Part shown: positions 18,126 through 23,341 of the stretch, piece after piece | Layout of the letters: each line of letters opens with the position of its first letter | Position numbering within the stretch: position 1 is the stretch's first letter | Source: Amoeboradix gromovi X-113 | Taxonomy: Eukaryota; Fungi; Sanchytriomycota | DNA length: 23,341 bases | Assembly: GCA_018985225.1 (NCBI GenBank) | Contig: JADGIF010000074.1 | Span: forward strand, 1-23,341 | Reading direction: 5' to 3' | Program-made: the position numbers and the translations under genes | The notes under the pieces: model-generated | The model's database searches: none | Seen by the model: only the letters and a program-made list of their open reading frames with translations | Told to the model about the DNA's origin: nothing

Positions 18126-21100
18126 TTATTTGAACAAGTTCTTGTATTTTGCGTTCTTGTCTGTAATTCGAGGCGGCATAGTTCCCGTAATATTGTCTTG
18201 ATCTTTCGCATAATCCAATAATTCTTTCCAGAAATCATTTTCTAATAACGATTGTGCATTCCCCACTACATACAAAGAATACTTGGCTCTAGTTAATGCC
18301 ACATTCATTCTTCTTATATCCTTCAAGAATCCTACACTCTTACTTCTCGAGTATCCACGAACTGTACTTAATATAATAATGTCTGACTCTTGTCCCTGAT
18401 ATCCATCGATGGAGCTGATTCTTACTGTATTTAATATATCAGTCCCAAATGATCTTCGCAGTTCATTTCCAATCAGCCTAACCTGTGATTTGTAGGGCGA
18501 TATAATACTGATTTTATCTTTGAACTAAGTGAAGTAAAAGTACATTAATTTCTGGATATGTATACGCTATGTATTTTATCAAATCCACTACTGCTGCTGC
18601 TTCTTTGGCGTTACTCAATGATTTGTTATGATTGTTATGGCTACCTTTGATATCAAAGAATCTAAATGGTCCCAAATATCTGTTATTGTGCCATTCCTTT
18701 GTCCATTTGACAAGATCTACGCCGTCTGTTATTTTGTTACCGTAAAACAGCTTACTTGGAAATCTGCTGATATCAGGATGCATTCTGTACTGCACACTAA
18801 GTAATTCACTTTTGTCCGTGTTTTGATTGTACAATCTATCGAATAAACTTTGCTCATAGTTGTAGTCTTTTGCTATTCTACTTATTACAGTCGGTGGCAA
18901 CTGTTTATGGTCACCGACTAAGACACAGTTTTCGCATCCATGTTGCAATGGAATCAGACTAGACAACTCTACACTTTGCGCTGCCTCATCAATAACTACA
19001 TATTTCCAAACCACTCCTGACTTCTTTAAGAAGTCGTGACCACTACCAGTTAATGTGCAACACACGATATTGGCTTCTTTTAGTATCTCATTCCTTATCT
19101 TTTGTTTACTGTCTTCATTGGACACACTCTTTTGCCTTTTGCTCTTTAGCTTGTCTATCTGGTGTTTGTATTTAAGAATCTCACTCTTCTCTAAACTTGT
19201 ACGGTTGACTGCTGGAATAGCTTGCAGTATTGCCATCTTATTAGTTAATAATTTCTCATTGTCTTCAATCATAGAGCTCGCTTTATCTTCTATTCTGCTA
19301 TTTAATATACTATCCAAGGACACGTGCTGCAAGTCCTTGCTAATTTGATCAACCACACCTAGCCTAACAATTAGCGGATATATTTTCTTGCCGTTAGAAT
19401 CATAAAGCCCAGGCAGCAATCTCTTGATTATAACATCAATGGCTGCATTGCTAGGTGCACAGACTAGTACAGTACCATTCATTTTTATAGATCCCATAGT
19501 ACTACCTGGAGCGTTGATTCTGTTTCCTTTGCTTGGGGGATGCAGTAGAAAACAGTTGATGATGCTAGATATAGTCATAGTCTTGCCCGTACCGGGTGGC
19601 CCTTGAATTAAGGAAAATCCTTTGGCCCTAGAAACGCTGTTTATAACAGCAGTAGATTGGGGTTTATTCAGCTTATGTGCGCTACAAATTGCCTGCAACT
19701 TAGATAATTGCCTATCGTTATATTTTATAGGACGTATAACGGCATTTAATATGTCATTGATTAATGGGAACTTTGCTGATTTACCAAATGCATTAAATTC
19801 ACGAATACTTGTAGTGCAGCTATATATCTTGGTTAAGTTCAATTTTGTGTCGATATTGCAAGTACGCTGAACCAATTTCTCATGTGCTTTGATTCTCACT
19901 TTTAACTTGTTCTTGAAAAAATTAGAATTCTCCACAAACCCCAAATATTCCTTAAACTCATCATTAGTATTTAAAATCTGGATAGCTACTACATCATTCT
20001 CTAGCAAGACACGCGCACTTTCGTCCAATTCACATGTGATTATACTAAAATCATCTATAGACTCGATATACTCTACCTTAGTGCTAAAATGCACAAAGTA
20101 TTCGCCATCCTCCTCTTTACATTGCTGTATGGACTCATAGAGTTCATAGTATATTAATGGTTGATATATATCATGATACTCATTTATATCTTTAAACTTA
20201 CTTGGTACTTGAACAGGCTCATCAAAGGTCAAATTAGTGAATAGAGATTTATAACTTGGTAGTATTGTATTTTTAGATATATCCCAGGCCAGAACTTGCT
20301 TTAGTAAAGTAGACAATGCTAGCTCAGGCGTTTTAATGCTGTTGAATGAATGATGAGGCTCAGGCTTTACCATTTTTACAGAATAATCAGGTTTATATCG
20401 TTTCACGATGTTGTCAGTATCTACATACTTTGCTTCCCTTTTAAACGGTACTAAATGTTCATTAACGCTGCTATCACTGCTTAATTCAACCATTTCTTGC
20501 CGCTCTTCATGGGCATGTGTTTTTACAGCATTTCTATTGATAACATCATTTACTGGTGTGCGATCGGAATTATAGATATCAGGCAGTTGGTAGAGAACAG
20601 CCTCACTCGTGTTCTCATCATTGTTCGTTATAAACTCCATACAGTTCTTATATCCAAGCACCTTGGTTTTCAAGACCTCTCTTAACTCCGAATCAGCTAC
20701 AGGATACACAGTTTCTATCAGATACAATGGTGAATAAAACTTTGAGTATAATGAGGTTACACTAGACTGCCAAGAATCGGTATTTTGGACATATATGCCC
20801 GCCAAATTTATGATTTGTTGTTTTACAAATTCAATCAAACTTTTGAGTTCCTGTTGCATAGGCAAATTAGATACCGGAAAAAACAATTTTGTCATGTTCA
20901 ACAGTCCAGCCAATAAATTGAGGTGCAGGATGTGAACATTGAGCAAAATTTCAGACCCATCCACTTGAAGGAACAGATCGGTACAAAATTCAAAAATACC
21001 AGAACAATTTAACAAGACGTCTGCATAATAGTGACCCTGATTAAGCAGTTTATAAGTAGAGTTAAAGAAATCTGTCAAACAGTTTAAGAACTTTGCGCTA

Positions 21101-22584
21101 TTTGATTTATAAATAAGGTTTAGTTCATTTGACTCTATCCCAGATTCAGAATACCTGAACAGATATGCCACATTACCAACTAGTTCGTTAAAAAATGATA
21201 ATCCTATTAGAGTATCCCCTATAGAAGACAATTGCGAACCATCAATAGTCGGATCAAGATTCGAAATTGCTTTTTTAATCAAGATGTTACAATGTAACTG
21301 TAATTTAGATAAGCTATGTTTTCTTATAGTGGGGTAGATATAAATGTCCTTTAAGCAGGACAAAATAATTTTTTGTTGCTCTAAAGAAGCATTCTTGTAA
21401 ACGAGTTCAAATGAAAAAGAAGATAAAACAGTCTCTACAACAGCAACTCTCTCTTTAGACACTTTACCACCCGTAAATATAACAGAAATGCACTCTTTTA
21501 CAATGCCAAGGCACTTCATTAAAAGACTGTACTGATTTTGCGAAAAAGGGGAGTTATTTAAGATGTACAAGGAATCAGAATAAAATGATTGGGAGAAGGA
21601 AGTTGACTCGATTTCTTCAACCAGCTTGCTATAAAGCTTATCCGATAGCATCGTTTTGAAGTTACCTTTTATATGAGGATTGTTCAAAAAAGCTGCAATT
21701 TTATCTGATGAGATTGAAGAGTACAGATCTAGATCAGTAAAGAACTCATTTGTATAGTCGCTTTGCTCATGCTCAGGTATGTTTGTGTTTGCAATTGTAT
21801 TTAAAAGGGTTGAGATATCAATGGTAGTGAAACTCGCAGAATAAAGAAATTCCATTATTTTTGACAGGGACCTCGAGTTAGGCAACTTAGATAAAAAAGT
21901 GTCTAGCTTGTAGCTATCAACCACAGTCTTTAATGCAGCTGTGTTCAGTATTGATAGCATAGAATAGAGACAGGAGATGATGTTATCCGGTGCTGTATCT
22001 AGTTTGAAGATTCCAGGCAAAGATGACGATTTACTATCAAGAACGCTGATCATGTACTTGAAATACTTATCAGTATTTTCTATGAACTCATCTGCATTCA
22101 AATCTTTAAACTTGGATATATACCGCATCCCAAAAGATTTGCAATATTTGTCAGGAAGAAGCAACATAAAGGAAATGCCATTTAAAAATTTGGGATTTAA
22201 AGGAAAATTATCTACAGCTTTGTTCAATATATTGAGTTCTTTAAATTTCTGGATAAAAGGTTGGTTAACCCACAAAGGGTCACGAAAAATAGCAATAAAG
22301 CAAGTGGCCAAGTCCAATGGATCTGAGTTTCGGAGAATTGGTAAGCACCTTCTTAGTTCCAAGTCTCTTAGTAACTCCCTCACACTAGAATCCTTGATTT
22401 GATCAACGACGTCATAAAATGAAATAGTACAGGATATACAGTTTGATAGTACAACCTTTAGTTTTTCCTTGATTCTGTTCCCGAGAACCTTATCATCTAG
22501 TTTAAAAAGCATGTCGATTGCTTCACCTTTGGTTTCTTTAATACAATACCAATGATTCTGTCTAAATATGTGAGTTGAACTCAT
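18126..22584 (-). CDS. SEN1: SEN1/senataxin-like SF1 helicase; two exons (22584-18544, 18524-18126), 1479 aa
   Basis: LIQGPPGTGKT, LVCAPSNAAID, VVIDEAAQ, LVGDHKQLPPTV, QYRMHPDI in exon 1. ISPYKSQ, IDGYQGQESD, RRMNVALTRAK in exon 2. N-terminal HWYC...CISC Sen1_N-like start. Confidence 0.95.
18525..18543 (-). other. 19-nt spliceosomal intron (GTACTTTTACTTCACTTAG), phase 0
   Basis: GT...AG ends. Removal joins YPEIN to FKDKISIISPYKSQ, restoring the frame and the typical Sen1 spacing. Confidence 0.85.
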
Positions 22585-22789
22585 TAAGGAGGTTTTGTAG
22601 TAAAATTAAATTTTCAAGAACGTAGGACATGCTAAATGAAAAGAGCGGAAAACTCTGAAATGATTACAGATACAAAAGTGGAGTTTTCTTATTAGATGGC
22701 CAACATTTCATCAAAAGATCCCAAAACCCTGGTGTGCAGGTCCTAGCATAAATTGTACCTCCAGTACAATTTTTAGTAAAACAATAAAA

Positions 22790-23341
22790 CTCAAGAATTG
22801 TAGACCTGGCACAAACAGAATCTATGCTGGGACACACAGTGTCCACAAAATATGAAATAAGATGATGTTAAAAAGCAAGACGTCAATGTGACATTGATGA
22901 CGCAGGTATATACACAAAAGAAAGGGCCATTGTGGTATACCTAACAAGAAATTGGTGTATCCGCTTGGTTGAAAATCATTGATACTGCCTGTCAGATTTT
23001 AGAATATCCAAAGATTGGTTTAGCTGTCACGGAAGGAATATCAAGTAGAAGAGCATTCAGGGTCTCGCAGAGGTTCAAGGTATGCCAGTGTTCACAATGC
23101 GATGTAGTCGTAGATAGAGATGTGAATGAGAGTTGCAGCAGTCTTTAAGTTGTAGAAAGCCACTGAGAAATGGCGAAAGATATGGCAAGCAAGAAGGATT
23201 AGCGATAGGAAGTAGTTGAGACTAAGCGTAGGTGATACCATATGGGATATGTTGAAAGACTATTTACAGATCTTTCAGCCATCCGCTTTAATTGCTTGTC
23301 CGATTTTTATAGAACGTGTCAACATCGCTGAAATTTAAGAA
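22790..23341 (+). pseudogene. Decayed Fanzor1-like TnpB-family nuclease relic (may continue past the window end)
   Basis: Ordered motifs across frameshifts: VD/PGTNRIYAG (RuvC-I DPG, ~22800), IDDAGIYTK/KGHCGIPNKKL (22893-22954, GDxG..KGH..P.K.L-like), RFKVCQCSQCDVVVDRDVN (23071-23127). Downstream hairpin at 23251-23279. Confidence 0.7.

Noticed and set aside
18126-18326. Separate 66-aa gene in the ORF track
   Set aside because: It is the end of SEN1 exon 2.

Overview
AT-rich, gene-dense, intron-poor eukaryotic DNA, most consistent with a compact early-diverging fungal genome (the LRR relic resembles a family I associate with sanchytrids; unverified). Eight coding genes: myosin II rod (cut by the window start), a divergent septin, a PXA-RGS-PX sorting nexin, cytosolic Phe-tRNA synthetase alpha, CIA1, phospholipase D, an orphan tandem-CCCH protein and the SEN1 helicase. 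SEN1 is only complete if a 19-nt GT-AG intron, missed by the ORF track, is spliced. Three gene pairs are only 23-24 bp apart, including the head-to-head FRS2/CIA1 pair. The larger gaps hold mobile-element debris: two inverted copies of a TIR element with a zinc-ribbon mini-ORF, a decayed Gypsy-like integrase/RNase H, an LRR pseudogene, and two broken TnpB-family (Fanzor) nuclease genes flanking SEN1. One is Fanzor2-like with a well-preserved structured 3' end (candidate omegaRNA); the other is Fanzor1-like. All calls come from manual motif reading; no database search was run.
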